DNA from: Chrysomallon squamiferum
Taxonomy: Eukaryota > Animalia > Mollusca
Length of the DNA: 64,000 nt
Direction of reading: 5' to 3'
NCBI GenBank assembly: GCA_012295275.1
Contig: CM022668.1
Coordinates: 13,578,001-13,642,000, forward strand
Position 1 is the stretch's first letter, and each line of letters opens with the position of its first letter. Shown here piece after piece: positions 40,011-54,700 of this stretch. The notes under the pieces were generated by a model. The model was given only the letters and a program-made list of their open reading frames with translations. It had not been told where the DNA came from and searched no databases. A program made the translations under genes and the position numbers.

Positions 40011-40639
40011 TGTTATATGAGACCACAATGAAAATACACCGTGTATAAGATGAATTGCTACATTGTTTAATTCTTTATAATTGCACTGATCTCTCTCTAG
40101 AATATTGTATGTTATGTGAATCTCAGATCTCTACGATTCTTCGACAATGCAGAAAACAGAAACACATAGGTACACTGAAGTTTAAACAAATAACACACGG
40201 ATGAATAAAAGAAAATATAGCTTAAATATACGGAAATGCACGCCCTTTGTTTCGAAAATCTATCAGTATTTTAATTACATAGAAACGAACTACTTCTGAA
40301 AAATACATCAATAATTCAGTTACAGAAAATGAATTCACCCTTAATTAAATAAGTAAATAAATAAATAAATAAAAATTGTCATGCAAATCTGCTAAAGATT
40401 AGGACAAAAGATTATGAAATGTCAATATCAACACGAACACCTTACCTGCGAAAAAATAAAACTACGCGAATTTCACACTTTCCTTTCGTACAATTTATTG
40501 CAATGATATTAGAAAAAGAGTGAGAAAGAAACTAGTATCAGCTTTTCAGACAACCTTAAACTAGCATGAAGTAAAGCACTACGAAACAAACTGTACCATT
40601 CTGTAGATTTAAACACATACGTGTCTACATAGGTGTCTA

Positions 40640-40925
40640 TGTTTTCTCCTTAATGTTTCAATAACCTGATTCAAAATATTGCTAAAAATTAATTCCAGTA
40701 GCACAGACGATTCTATATTCATTAACGCAAAACTACTGAGGTTTTCATCTTTTAGAGAGGACCACAGGTAATTCTTAATACGATTAAGAGCAGAAAAATA
40801 TTTCTCTACAGAACAGTTTGTATCGAGAAGTGACAAGTAAATACTCAAACCAATGTACATTTATGGAAAAGTTTCTGGATTTTCATTTTCAAAAAATGTT
40901 GACAAACTGAAAAATTAAGTGTGGA
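40640..40925 (-). mobile_element. hAT transposase C-terminal dimerisation-domain relic
   Basis: IYLSLLDTNCSVEKYFSALNRIKNYLWSSLKDENLSSFALMNIE matches the hAT dimerisation consensus (S.ERSFS.LK.IK..LRS....RL..LAL..IE). Confidence 0.8.
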
Positions 40926-41929
40926 GTGTGACCCCAACCTATTCAATCGTGACTGTGCCTGAGAATTTCGTATAATCTGACCCATAATTTCTTTTTTAAG
41001 AAGATTAACTCGCCCTTGGCCTCTCTCGTATCAAAGAGGATTCCTGTAAATTAGTTTCAAGAGGCGCCTGAACCGTGTGCGATGTACATAATTATAACAT
41101 TTAACATTAAAAGAGAAAAAAGAAAAAGTCTGGATGTAAGTGTTGTGAGGTGTTTCATCAAGAAACTTCACTAATATCCTTTTTGCCAACTTCCAAATAT
41201 TTTCTTCGTGCTAAATTATCTTTTATCAATTCATTTATTTATTACAATTTATACAAATTTAAAATGTCTTACCGGAAGTCATAGTTTATCTTTTCCCCGA
41301 ATTAATTAAATCCCAGAAGTGAATTCAGTGAGCACTGTACACCACATGATTAGTTTTTTTAGATCCGCTTCACAGCAAATACAGCGCGGTACTCGTTGTT
41401 GTTTTATATAAGGGCTGGCAAAACAGCTCTGTTCCCGAGGACAACGTATTCTTCGAAAACAGCTACTTATGGCCGACCCACTTTGCTATTAATAGATTTC
41501 ACTGACCCGTATGAACCGTCTGCCTGTATATAGTTATATCATTTTACACGAAATAGCTAGTAATGTCCCACCTGCTTTCCTATATCGGTTAAAAGATTTA
41601 TTGACTATCTGACGATGTGTAAAGTCTAAAAATAACAACGAGGAGAGTGTGACATAATAGCTATTAATACTGTGAATTCATCTGTAGATTGTGGGTTTAA
41701 GTTAAAATAATGGTGTAATATACGTTATGTTATCATACCAGTATTTGATCTACATGTTTCTTCAAACTTAGAATAACATGAGTAATGTTGCTACTAAAAA
41801 ATTGAAATATGTGTAATTCGGAAGTATAAGATTATTAGATATTACTCCATTTGTTTGCATTTGTACTCATTTATTATTTGAAATTGTTTTATAAGACTGT
41901 TATTATTACACAAACACACATGCGCACAC

Positions 41930-41965
<36 letters not shown>

Positions 41966-44602
41966 TAGTAATATTTGAGATTGTTTCACCTGAGAACTGT
42001 AACAATAATCTCGTCCTTTCATTTTGTGATATGACTCATGACTGAAAATAAAGTGTGCACGAGATAATTCATATATTTAGTTGTTTATTAATGCAGTGAT
42101 ATGTGACATTTCAATAACATGTCCACATGCAAAGATCTGTATATCTGATATATTATGCTGTCAATATAGTTTACTTATTGTTTCTTTATGAACGGTTTGG
42201 CAAGACATTTCTGATTCTGAGGAAAAATGTATTTCTCCGAAAACTGCTTTTTTGTGCTAGGAACGTATGCTGTTCAAATTTTATATTAGGACATTCAAAG
42301 ATTAAGATTGTCTAAATAATTTTGAAAACGTAGGAACTGTGGCTAATTCACTTATTATTGTAATTTTCAAAGAGTTTTTATCTTTTTGACTGGATTATTC
42401 TGTCAGCTGTCTCTTTCACTATCAGCCTATTTATATACAATGTTATTTATATTTATCAGTCTATTTATATATAATGAATATCCTAGAGTAATTTTAGTTG
42501 ATAAAAAGAAGACAAATACAATTTTAGTAATACCTTTAGCCATTTTTTGTGTGATATTATTACAGAATATCTTTAAAACCTAACAGAAACAAAGGAGAAA
42601 AAAGGAAACTCCACAGGTATCGTCTTTTGTTTATCGACTTCAAGTATTTTCATATTATGTAAAATATTTTAATTAATTAATCAATTTGTTTATTTCTTAA
42701 TTTATTATTGGCAAGTTATCACGGAAAACCTTACTGCAGTAACAATAGATTCCGAGTGTATGTAATAATAAAATATTGTAAAATTATCTCATATTTACTC
42801 TATTTAAAATATTAATCACATGCACATAAGCCAGTGAATAATGATTTGCTGTTGGGTATTTCTGGCTGCCTTGTTCTTGGTGCAGACACATTTTGGGGAC
42901 GAGGATAGACCAGACTTGGGTCAAATGGTAAGAAAACTGTCGAGTTGTAACGAAGGATATAAAAGGCTCGAGAAAGCTTTGAAAACTGTTAGCTGTGATT
43001 TCGTTCGCGCGTTCACATATTTGTTAAAGAGGCCTGACTGACAGAGTATAAGTGGAATTGATATACTGTTTAGTTCTTTACAAATGCACTGATATGTAAC
43101 ATTTGATAACGTGTTGACATAGAAAGATCTGTTTATCTAATATATTACTGTGTTCATATGGCTTACTTACAGTTGCTTTATAAAACGTTTGGGAACACAC
43201 TTCAGACCCTGAGGAACAGTAATTATGGTGTACTATTACTAACCCAGATATCGATAGATTTTTCAAATATTTTAAAAACTGTATTACTATACCTTTGTAG
43301 CTTTTCTTCTATTTCTGTGTCTGCCGATCTATCTTAAAACATCTATATGCATATAGATGATTGAATTTATCATTTATAATAATATTTAAGTCATACATTT
43401 TGTCAGTAAAGTATTATGAACTTTCTACAAAAAATAAGTTTCAAAATTAAGAACATAGAAAGCAAACTCCATTGAGACATAGTTTCCTATACAACTTTTG
43501 TTGGACCTAATATAATTATTTTACTAATTTCGATTTTTTTTTTTTTTTTTTATGATAGCACGGAAGAAACGTTTAATGTTACATGAACCTTAGCTCTATA
43601 CATTTCTTGAAACCATGTAGCCGACAGAAACACATTCGAACCCACACGCATGCACATACAGATTGATTAAAAACCTCATAGAATATATATACAACACAAC
43701 AAATGTTACCTAAATAGAAACAAACGTCCTTTCCATCAAAAATCACTCAGTATTTTAGTTACATATCTATCTGTCTATCTATATAATAAGTAAGTAAATA
43801 AAAATAATTCGCTACAAAAGAATAAAAAATAAAAAATCTAAAACACTCTTCATGTAAAATCTGCTGACATTTTAGACAAGAGATTATGAAATGTGATTAT
43901 GAACATGACGTTTTACCTCCGAGAAGTAAAAGAACAAACTTGTCTTTGTATCTGACTGTTATATGAAACCTCACTGACAATAAACCGTGTATAAGTGGAA
44001 TAAACATATTGTTTAGTTCTTTATAAATGCACTGATATGTAGCATTGAAATGCAATGATCTTTTTTTAATATACTATTATGTTTATGTGGCTTACTTATT
44101 GTTGGTTTATAAAAGGTTTGGCAAGACATTTCTATTTCTGAAGAATAATATATTTCTCCGAAAACTGTCTTTTAGTGAGAAAATCGTGATGTTCGTATAT
44201 TCTATCTGGAACCCCCAAGTACCAAGTTTAAAAATAATAAAATAAAAGTAATGAGAAGTACTACTAACTCAGTTATTCTTGCATTTTAGAGAGAGTTATT
44301 ACTCCTAACTGGATTATTCTATCTCTCTATCTGTCCATCTATCTTATGATATCTATATACATATACATTGTGTAATGATAGTGTGTCTGAAACAAACTCC
44401 ACTAATACACTTTTCATCGACGACAAGGGTTTTGTTCATAGTAAATTATTTTTATTTTTTTTATAATTAATTAATTTATTACACTTTAATTAAGCTTCAA
44501 ACTTGTTATCCGAACTCATAATTTGTGTTTCCCTAAGTTAAAGAAATCGCAAATGTGAATTTTGTTAGGACTGAAAAGACTTACCCAGAGTCGCGCGCGA
44601 GC

Positions 44603-44619
44603 GCACGCACACACCCACA

Positions 44620-44682
<63 letters not shown>
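44603..44682. repeat. (CA)n microsatellite
   Basis: Direct reading. Confidence 0.9.
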
Positions 44683-46654
44683 GCAATAGATATAGATATA
44701 TAGATATGATTCTTGAAAACGATAGATAATGAACCGTGATTAAATTACAATGTTTTTCTGTTTATATACATACAATGTTTTTGTTCCTGTTTACATCGAC
44801 ATGTCTCATTTTCATGATAAAATACCAAAAGTACACATTGAAATTTTGAATATTAAGAACATTTCAGCGTTTTCAATAAGCTCTAATTTTATTTTCATTG
44901 TTAAATGACAGAGCAACAAATACTTTTTAATTAGACATTAAGCAATAACAAATATTCACTCCAGTTATCAGATATTACCTAATAATAATAATATCAGTCC
45001 TAATGATGGTAGTGTATCCCTAGTTCCTGAAACCCAAATTCATTGTTATTGTTGTTGTTTATTTGTTTCTACACATAGATATAATAATGCACTCTTCTTT
45101 ACTTATTACTCTAACCTGCCTCACTATTTTTGTAGATCTTTATTACTGGGACTTACAAAATAATTAGCATTGATTTGTTGATTGATAATATAGATAATCA
45201 AAAGTTTATGTTTCTAATTAATTTATTCTTATATTTTGTAATGTTAATGTACATCAGTTAGATATTCTATTCCGTATGTAACGAGATATATAACTTTTGA
45301 AATCATTACCTATTCTGACCTTCACTGTTGCTCTGTCTGTCTCTGTGTCTCAGTCAGTTTAATTGTGTTTCTTTCTTCATGAGAGCCTTTTGTTTAAATG
45401 ATTTTGTAATAGGTTTTTTTACCACATTAAGGAAAAGTATTCTATTAGTTAATGAGAAGGTGTAGAGAAAACATATTTTCCTGAATATGTAAAAATAGTT
45501 ACCCCACTGTAACAGAATTATACCTTTAGATAGGCTATTCCAGATGTAAGGAGATGTATAATTTTACAAATCATTAACATTTCTGATCTCTGTTGTTGAT
45601 CTGTCTGTTTCTCTTTCTCACTCAGTTTAATTTCTTGTCTTTTTCTTCACGACTGCCCTTTCTTTCAGTGATATTATGTTGGTCTTTAAGCATATTAAGG
45701 ACGAACTTTTTTTCTCTTAATTTTATTTTTATTCTTAAATGATACAAAAACAAAAACTGGTTAATTATATATTAACGAAAGTGTTCTCTCTAGTTACAGG
45801 ATAGTACTTAATAATAATATTAGAGGATTTAGTAGTAGTAGTAGTAGTAGTAGTAATAATAATAATCATCATCATCATCATAGTCATATTCATGATAATA
45901 ACCATAGAATGGTAATAGAAATAGTAACAATAGCAATAATGCTAGTAGTAGTACTGCAACTGCTAAAAATAAACATTACGCCAAATATATATGTATTAAT
46001 ATACATAAGAGGATATACGTAAAATTCTACTAAATAAATTAGCCCAAATGTACATGCACTGATAAGCATAACACAGAATGATGTTTGCAGCAAAATGTTT
46101 ATCAAAATTGTTTAAATTATTTTCTTTGAATATCGTTAGTTCTGAAGATAAACATATGAAAAATAATTATGCATTGCTGTTAAAATATAAAAGGTTAAAG
46201 AACAATCTAGTAGTAATGATAATATTAGATGGAGAAGTAGTAGTAGTAGTAATAATAACAATAGCAATAGTGATAGAACTACTAATAATAAACATTAAGC
46301 GAAACTTGTAATATAAATATGCACACAAGGATATACATAAGAATCTACTAAACAAATTGGCCCAAACCTACATCTACTGAATAGGTATAACATAAATTAA
46401 TGTTTGCAACAAAATGTTTATCAATTTTTTTATTATTATTATTGTTCTATGTATAAAACACATCTACAGTGCAAATGCATAAAAATAAAAGAAACTGATG
46501 TTAAAACGTAAAAGATTAATACAAATATATTACAATATTTGTGAGAAAGTTAATATTCACTTCAGTAGTTAGTTCTATGTTTTCTTTAATAATAAAATTA
46601 TCTCACTTTTTTCTGTTGTTTTCGTTTGCTGTCTCCAAGATATTAACAGCTTGT

Positions 46655-47083
46655 TTATTTATTATCAATATTCAGGTTCGCAGAACCCACATTACTGATG
46701 TTATTTTCAACAGCATTTCGAACATTACCCATGAAGACTTTCTTTGTCCCTCCTGTTCTAACTTCATTTGTTGCCTATCTCCTCATTTCTTTTGTTTTCG
46801 CTCGCATACTTTCTGCCATTTCTTTCTGCGTTTCTTTTTGTTCTTTCAACTGCTTAAATTCTTCCCTCATCGCGCACTTCTCCTGTTCCTTTTCTCTTTT
46901 CATCTGCCGAAATTTTTCCTTCATCTCAGACATCTGCTCTTTTGCCTCTTCTTTCAGTTTTCTCTGCATTTCTTTATCTCTTTCCATCTGCTCTTTTGCC
47001 TCTTCTTTCAGTGTTCTCTGCATTTCTTTATCTCTTTCCATCTGCCAAATTTTATCCCTCATACCAAGCATCTGCTTCTTTTC
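46655..47083 (-). pseudogene. GIMAP copy 5: coiled-coil/C-terminal remnant
   Basis: Homologous to the 3' ends of copies 4 and 6. CAG>TAG stop at 46775, followed by a frameshift. G domain and upstream exons are deleted, and the remnant is joined directly to the intron that normally precedes the microexon. Confidence 0.88.
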
Positions 47084-47219
47084 CTGAAACTAAATCAAGT
47101 TATTCTCTCTCTATATAATTATTTCCGTTAATCAATATACGAATATATGAGTGTGTTTATCTGTGTGAATGTATGAATGAATGCATGCACTTTTCTACCT
47201 ATTTATCTTCCTACTTATC

Positions 47220-47485
47220 TCTCATACCCTCAACTCTGTTGTAATCAAGTTAGTAATTTTTATATGTCTTACTCTCTTCTGTCAATTAGGACTGAATACT
47301 GAACACCATAATTGTCATGGCACGTTGTAAATTGTCAGACTGTACAATGTGGAAGATTAATGACATAAGAAAAGCAGGAATGTTACTCATTGAAACTGAA
47401 CGTCAACTTGTGCGCAATATTTCCATCATTTCAAGACTGTTCAATAAAGAGGGGGCAGTGACTGATATTAAAGATCGTCCAGATC
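47220..47485 (+). mobile_element. Tc1/mariner 5' relic (duplicate of 39640-40010)
   Basis: Near-identical translation and same truncation point. Confidence 0.75.
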
Positions 47486-47639
47486 TGTTATATGAGACCA
47501 CAGTGACAATACACCGTGTATAAGATGAATTGCTACATTGTTTAATTCTTTATAATTGCACTGGTATGTAACGTGTCCACATGCAAAGATCTGTTTATCG
47601 AATATGTTATTTCTGTGTATAGTTAACTTGTTGTTGCTT

Positions 47640-47860
47640 TATAATTTTCAGAGCACAGGCTATTCTACCTAGATTAATGCCAGATTGCTGAGGATCTCAC
47701 ATTTCACAGTGGATCACGCTTGGGAGTAGAAAAGACATCTCTCTCTAGAATATTGTATGTGAAGAAGTGATAAGTAAATGTGTGAACAAATGTACATGTT
47801 TGGAACAGTTTCATGCATTTTATTTTTAGCAGTTATGACCAAATGAAAAACAAAGATTGG
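47640..47860 (-). mobile_element. hAT dimerisation-domain relic
   Basis: Closely resembles 21060-21280. Confidence 0.6.
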
Positions 47861-48864
47861 GGGTTGACCCTCACCCCTTCGACGAACAACGTGACATAAA
47901 GCTTCGTATAATTTCTTTTTTATATAGTTCAACGCAACATTAGATTTTCTCTATCAAATAGGATTCAAAAAAATTAATTTCTGTGAGGTGCATGGAGAGT
48001 TTGACGTGTACACAGTATTAACATTTAACACTAAAAGAAAAATACCTAATCAGTCTTAGGAATAATGCGGCGCTTGTAACATAGCTTTGATCCTGAAGTA
48101 AAATAAATCTATTTTTGAGGGAAAACGTATTTATTCCTGATAACAAAAAAATATATATTATCAGAAAACAGCAAATTACGACCGACCTATTGTTTCCTAT
48201 ACAACTTAACTGCTTCATTAATTGTATATGTGTTACATCTCTGGCTGACACACTTGTGTTGAACCTGATCTAATTAGTTTCCTCATTTCGATTTGATGTT
48301 TTATGATAGAACGGACGAAACGTTTTATGCTATGTGAATCTCAGATCTCTACGATTCTTCGACAATGCAGAAAACAGAAAAACATACTCACACCCATACG
48401 AACACAGAAGTTTATACAAATCACACACGGATGAATAAGAGAAAACATAGCTTAAATATACGGAAATGCACGCCCTTTCTTTCGAAAATATATCAGTATT
48501 TTAATTACATAGAAACGAACTACTTCTGTAAAATACATAAATAAATTCAGTTACAGAAAATGAATTCTCCCTTAATTAAATAAGTAAATAAATAAATAAA
48601 TATAAATTGTCATGCAAATCTGCTGAAGATAAGGACAAAAGATTATGAAATGTCAATATCAACATGAGCATGTTACCTGCGAGAAATAAAACTGCGCGAA
48701 TTTCACGCTTTCCTTTCGTACAATTTATTGCAATGATATTAGAAATAGAGTGAGAAAGAAACTAGTATCATCATTTCAGACAACCTTAAACTAGCATGAA
48801 GTAAAGCAGTACGAAAAAAACTGTACCATTCTGTAAATTTAAACAGATACGTGTCTACATAGGT

Positions 48865-49160
48865 GTCTATGTTTTCTCCTTAATGTTTCAATAACCTGAT
48901 TCAAAATATTGCTAAAATTTAATTCCAGTAGCACAGACGATTCTATATTCATTAACGCAAAGCTACTGAGCTTTTCATCTTTTAGAGAGGACCACAGGTA
49001 ATTCTTAATACGATTAACAGCAGAAAAACACTTCTCTTCAGAACAGTTTGTATCGAGAAGTGACAAGTAAATACGCAAACAAATATACATTTATGGAAAA
49101 GTTTCTTGCGTTTCATTTTCAAACAATTTTGACAAACTGATAAATTAAGTGTGGAGTGTG
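48865..49160 (-). mobile_element. hAT transposase C-terminal dimerisation-domain relic
   Basis: CLRIYLSLLDTNCSEEKCFSAVNRIKNYLWSSLKDEKLSSFALMNIE. Confidence 0.8.
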
Positions 49161-50241
49161 ACGCCAACCTATTCGATCGTGGCTGTGCCTGAGAATTTCG
49201 TATAATTTGTCCCATGATTTTTTTTTTTAAGAAGATTAACTCGCCCTTGGCCTCTCTCGTATCAAAGAGGATTCCTGTAAATTAGCTTCATAGACGCGGC
49301 TGAACCGTGTGCGATGTACATAATTATAACATTTAACATTAAAAGAGAAAAAAGAAAAAGTCTGGATGTAAGTGTTGTGAGGTGTTTCATCAAGAAACTT
49401 CACTAATACCCTTTTTGCCAACTTCCAAATATTTTCTTCGTGCTAAATTATCTTTTCTTAATTCATTTATTTATTACAATTTATACAAATTCAAAATGTC
49501 TTACCGGAAGCCGTAGTTTATCTTTTCCCCGAATTAATTAAATCCCAGAAGTGAATTCAGTGAGCACTGTACACCATATGCTTAGTTTTTGACACCCGCT
49601 TCACAGCATACACAGCGCAGTACTCGTTGTTGTTTTATATAAGGGCTGGCAAAACAGCTCTGTTCCCGAGGACAACGTATTCTTCGAAAACAGCTACTTA
49701 TGGCCAACCCACTTTGCTATTAATAGATTTCACTGGCCCGGTTGAAGCGTCTGTCTTTACATAGTTACATCATTCTACACTGAAATAGCTAGTAATGGTC
49801 CACCTGCTTTCCTATATCGATTACAGATTTATTGACTATCTGACGATGTGTAATGTTTAAAAATAACAACGAGGAGAGTGTGACACAATATACATTAATA
49901 GTGTGAATTCATCTGTAGATTGTGGGTTTAAGTTAAAATAATGGTGTAATACACATGTTATGTTATGATACTAGTATTAGAGATACATGATTCTTCAAAC
50001 ATACATACATACAGACAAACATGCATAGAACCACGTATAGCATAAAACACAACACATCTGATATGGACTTTTTTTGATGGCTGAATCCCTCTATTTTAGA
50101 AATTCATGAGTAATTTTTCTACTTAGAAAGTGAAATGTGTGTAATTCGGTAGTGTAAGATTATTAGTTTCTATTTGTACTCATTTATTATTTGAAATTGT
50201 TTTTATTAGACTGTTATTATTACACAAACACACACACAGAC

Positions 50242-50273
<32 letters not shown>

Positions 50274-53200
50274 TTTGAGATTGTTTCACCTGAGAACTGT
50301 AACAATAATCTGGTCCTTTCTTTTTGTGATATGACTCATGACTTGAAATAAAGCTCGCTCGAGATAATTCATATATTTAGTTGTTTATTAATGCAGTGAT
50401 ATGTGTCATTTCAATAACATGTCCACATGCAAAGATCTGTATATCTGATAGATTATGCCTTTGGCATTTCTTGTGTGATATTATTACAGAATAATTTTAA
50501 AACCTAACAAAAACAAAGGAGGAAAAAGGAAACTCCCCTGGTATCGTCTTTTGTTTATCGACTTCAAATATATTTTATATTATGTAAAATATTTTAATTA
50601 ATTAATCAATTTGTTTATTTCTTAATTTATTATTGTCAAGTTATCGCGGAAAATCTTACTGCAGTAACAACAGATTCGGAGTGTATATAATTATAAAATA
50701 TTGTAAAATCATCTCATATTTACTCTGTTTAAAATATTAATCACATCCACATAAGCCAGTGAATAATGATTTGCTGTTGGGTATTTCTGGCTGCCTTGTT
50801 CTTGGTGCAGACACATTTTGGGGACGAGGATAGACCAGACTTGGGTCAAATGCTAAAAGAAGTGTCGAGGTGTAACGAAGGATATAAAAGGCTCGAGAAA
50901 TCAGAGAAAACTGTTAGCTGTGTTTTCGTTCGCATGGGCACTAATTTGTTAAAGAGGCCTGACTGACAATACACAGAGTATAAGTGGAATTGATATACTG
51001 TTTAGTTCTTTACAAATGCACTGATATGTAACATCTGATAACGTGTTCACATAGAAAGATCTGTTTATCTAACATATTATTGTGTTCATATGGCTTACTA
51101 ACAGTGGCTTTATAAAACGTTTGGGAACACACTTGAGATCCCGAGGAACAGTAATTATGGTTTGGTATTACTAACACAGTTATTAATGTATTTTTCAGAT
51201 TTTTTAAAAACTGTATTACTATAACTTTGTGGCTTTTCTTCAAGTTCTGTGTTTGCCGATCTGTCTGAAAATATCTATATGCATATAGATGATTGAATTA
51301 TAGTATGTCGAAAAAATCATTTATAATACTATTTAAGTGATACATTTTGTCATTTAAGTATTATGAGCTTTCTACAAAAAAATAAGTTTCACAATTAAGA
51401 ACATCGAAAGCAAACTCCATTGAGACATAGTTTCCTATACAACTTTTGTTGGACCTAATATAATTAGTTTGCTAATTTCGATTTGTTCTGTTATGATAGC
51501 ACGGACGACATTTTTGATGTTAGATGAACCTTAGCTCTATACATTTCTTGAAACCATGTAGCCGACAGAAACACATTCGAACCCACACGCATGCACATAC
51601 AGATTCATTAAAAACCTCAGATTATATATACAACACAACAAATGTTACCTAAATAGAAACAAACGTCCTTTCCATCAAAAATCAATATTTTAGTTACATA
51701 TCTGTCTATCTGTCTATCTGTCTATCTGTCTATCTATCTATCTATCTATCTATCTATATATATATATAATAAGTAAGTAAATAAAAATAATTTATCTACA
51801 AAAGAATAAAAAATAAAAAATCTAAAACACTCTTCATGTAAAATCTGCTGACATTTTAGACAAGAGATTATGATATGTGATTAGGAACATGACGTTTTAC
51901 CTCCGAGAAGTAAAACAACAAACTTGTCTTTGTATCTGACTGTTATATGAAACCTCACTGACAATAAACCGTGTATAAGTGGAATAAACATATTGTTTAG
52001 TTCTTTATAAATGCACTGATATGTAGCATTGAAATGCAAAGATCTTTTTTTAATATACTATTATGTTTATGTAGCTTACTTATTGTTTGTTTAGAAAAGG
52101 TTTGGCAAGACAGTTCTATTTCTGAAGAATAATATATTTCTCCGAAAACTGTCTTTTAGTGAGAAAATCGTGATGTTCGTATATTCTATCTGGACACCCC
52201 CAGTACCAAGTTTAATAATAATAAAATAAAATTAATGAGAAGTACTACTAACTCAGTTATTCTTGCATTTTAGAAAGAGTTATTACTTGTAATTGGATTA
52301 TTCTATCTCTCCATCTGTCCATCTATCTGAAGATATCTATATACATATACATTTTGTAATGATAGTTTTTTCTGAAAAAGTCATTTTTATCGATCAGTCA
52401 CATACTAATGATATTTTAATTGATAGGAAGTGACAAATCATATTTAAGTGATAAACTGTGTCACTTAAGAGTAGTGAAATGATTCCTTATGAGATTTGTA
52501 TGAAAAATACGTATCAAAATTGAGAAAAAAGAAAGAAAACAAAACCTCCACTAATACACTTTTTATCAACGACAAGGGTTTTGTTGATGGTAAATTATTA
52601 TTTTTTTAAATAATTAATTAATTAATTTATTACACCTTAATTAAGTTTCAGACGTGTTATCCGAAGTCATAATTTGTGTTTCCCTAAGTTAAAGAAATCT
52701 CAAATTTGAATTTTTTTAGGACTGAAAAGACTTACCCGAAGGCGGTCGCACACACACACACACACACGCACACACACGCAAACACACAGACACACACACA
52801 TACACACAAACACACACACACACAATAGGTATAGATATATAGATATGATTCTACAAAACGATAGATAATGAACCGTGATTAAATTACAATGTTTTTCTGT
52901 TTATATACATACAATGTTTTTGTTCCTGTTTACATCGACATTTCTCATTTTCATTATAAAATACCAAAAGTACATATTGAAATTTTGAATATTAAGAACA
53001 TTTCAGCGTGTTCAATAAGCTCTAATTTTATTTTCATTGTTAAATGACAGAGAAACAAATATTGTTTAATTAGACATTAAGATATACAAATATTCACTCC
53101 ATTTATCTGATATTACATAATAGTAATAATATCTGTCCTACAGTTCCTGAAACCCAAATTCATTGTTATTGTTGTTGTTTATTTGTTTCTACACATAGAT

Positions 53201-54251
53201 ATAATAATGCACTCTTCTTTACTTATTACTCTAACCTGCCTCACTATTTTTGTAGCACAAATCTTGGTCACTGGGACTTACAAAATAATTAGCATTGATT
53301 TATTGATTGATAATATAGATAACCAAAAGTTTATGTTTCCAATTAATTTATTCTTATATTTTCTAATGTTAATGTACATCAGTTAGATATGCTATGCCGT
53401 ATGTACCGAGATATATAACTTTTCAAATCATCAACTGTTCTGACATTCATTGTTGCTCTATCCGTCTCTCATTTTAATTGTGTTTCTTTTTTCATGACAG
53501 CCTTTTGTTTCAATGATTTTATAATATTTTTTAACCACATTAAGGAACAAGTATTCTATCTGTTAATGAGAAGGCGCAGAGAGAACATATTTTGCTGAAT
53601 ATGTAAAAATAGTTACCCCTCTGTAACCGAATTATACCTTTAGATAGGCTATTCCAGATGTAAGGAGATGTATAATTTTACAAATCATTAACATTTCAGA
53701 TCTCCATTGTTGATCTCTCTGTTTCTCTTTCTCACTCAGTTAAATTATTTTCTTTGAATATCGTTAGTTCTGAAGATAAACATATGAAAAATAATTATGC
53801 ATTGCTGTTAAAATATAAAAGGTTAAAGAACAATCTAGTAATAATGATAATATTAGATGGAGAAGTAGTAGTAGTAGTAGTAGTAATAATAATAATAGCA
53901 ATAGTGACAGAACTACTGATAATAAACATTAAGCCAAACTTTAAATATAAATATGCACACAAGGATATACATAAGAATCTACTAAACAAATTGGCCCAAA
54001 CTGAATAGATATATCATAAATTAATATCTGCAACAAAATGTTTATCAATTTTTTTTTATATAATATCCTTTGTTCTATGTATAAAACAGATCTACAGTGC
54101 AAATGCATAAAAATAAAAGAAACTGATGTTAAAATGTAAAAGATTAATACAAATATATTACAATATTTGTGAGAAAGTTAATATTCACTTCAGAAGTAAG
54201 AAAATTATCTCACTTTTTTCTGTTGTTTTCACCAAGATATTAACAGGTTGT

Positions 54252-54700
54252 TTATTTATTATCAATATTCAGGGTCGCAGAACCCACATTACTGATGTTA
54301 TTTTCAACAGCGTTTCGAACATTACCCATGAAGACTTTCTTTCTTTCTCCTGTTCTAACTTCATTTGTTGCCTGTCTCCACCGTTCTTCTTCTTTCTCTC
54401 TCATACTTTCTGCCACTTTTCTCTGCGTTTCGTTTTGTCCTTTCAACTGCTTAATTTCTTCCCTCATCTCAGACATCTTCTGCTCCATTTCCTCCATCTT
54501 TTTTCTCTGTGTTTCTTTATCTCTGTCCATCCGCCGAATTGTTTCCCTCATCTCAAACATCTGCTTCTTTTCCTGTAAATTATCTGTGTTTCTTTGCATT
54601 TGTCGTTCTCTGTCTTTCTCCTTCAATAATTCCTGTTCACTTTCTGCTGGCTCAGTAATTCCAGTCAAAACACACCGTAGTTCATTGTCAGTAACGGAAT
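54252..54700 (-). CDS. GIMAP copy 6 terminal exon with in-frame deletion of the GTPase domain (coiled-coil-only protein or pseudogene)
   Basis: Acceptor ttctttcag|AT at 54700. Reads DSVTDNELRCVLTGITEPAES|EQELLKEKDRERQMQR...NIDNK*, jumping from the decayed P-loop into the distal coiled coil without a frameshift. Confidence 0.7.

Larger units (their letters stand above)
39500..47100. repeat. Tandem segmental-duplication unit containing GIMAP copy 5 remnant
   Basis: Collinear high-identity blocks: 40100-42150 ~ 48325-50450; 42535-45620 ~ 50455-53740; 46115-46760 ~ 53745-54360. Confidence 0.85.
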
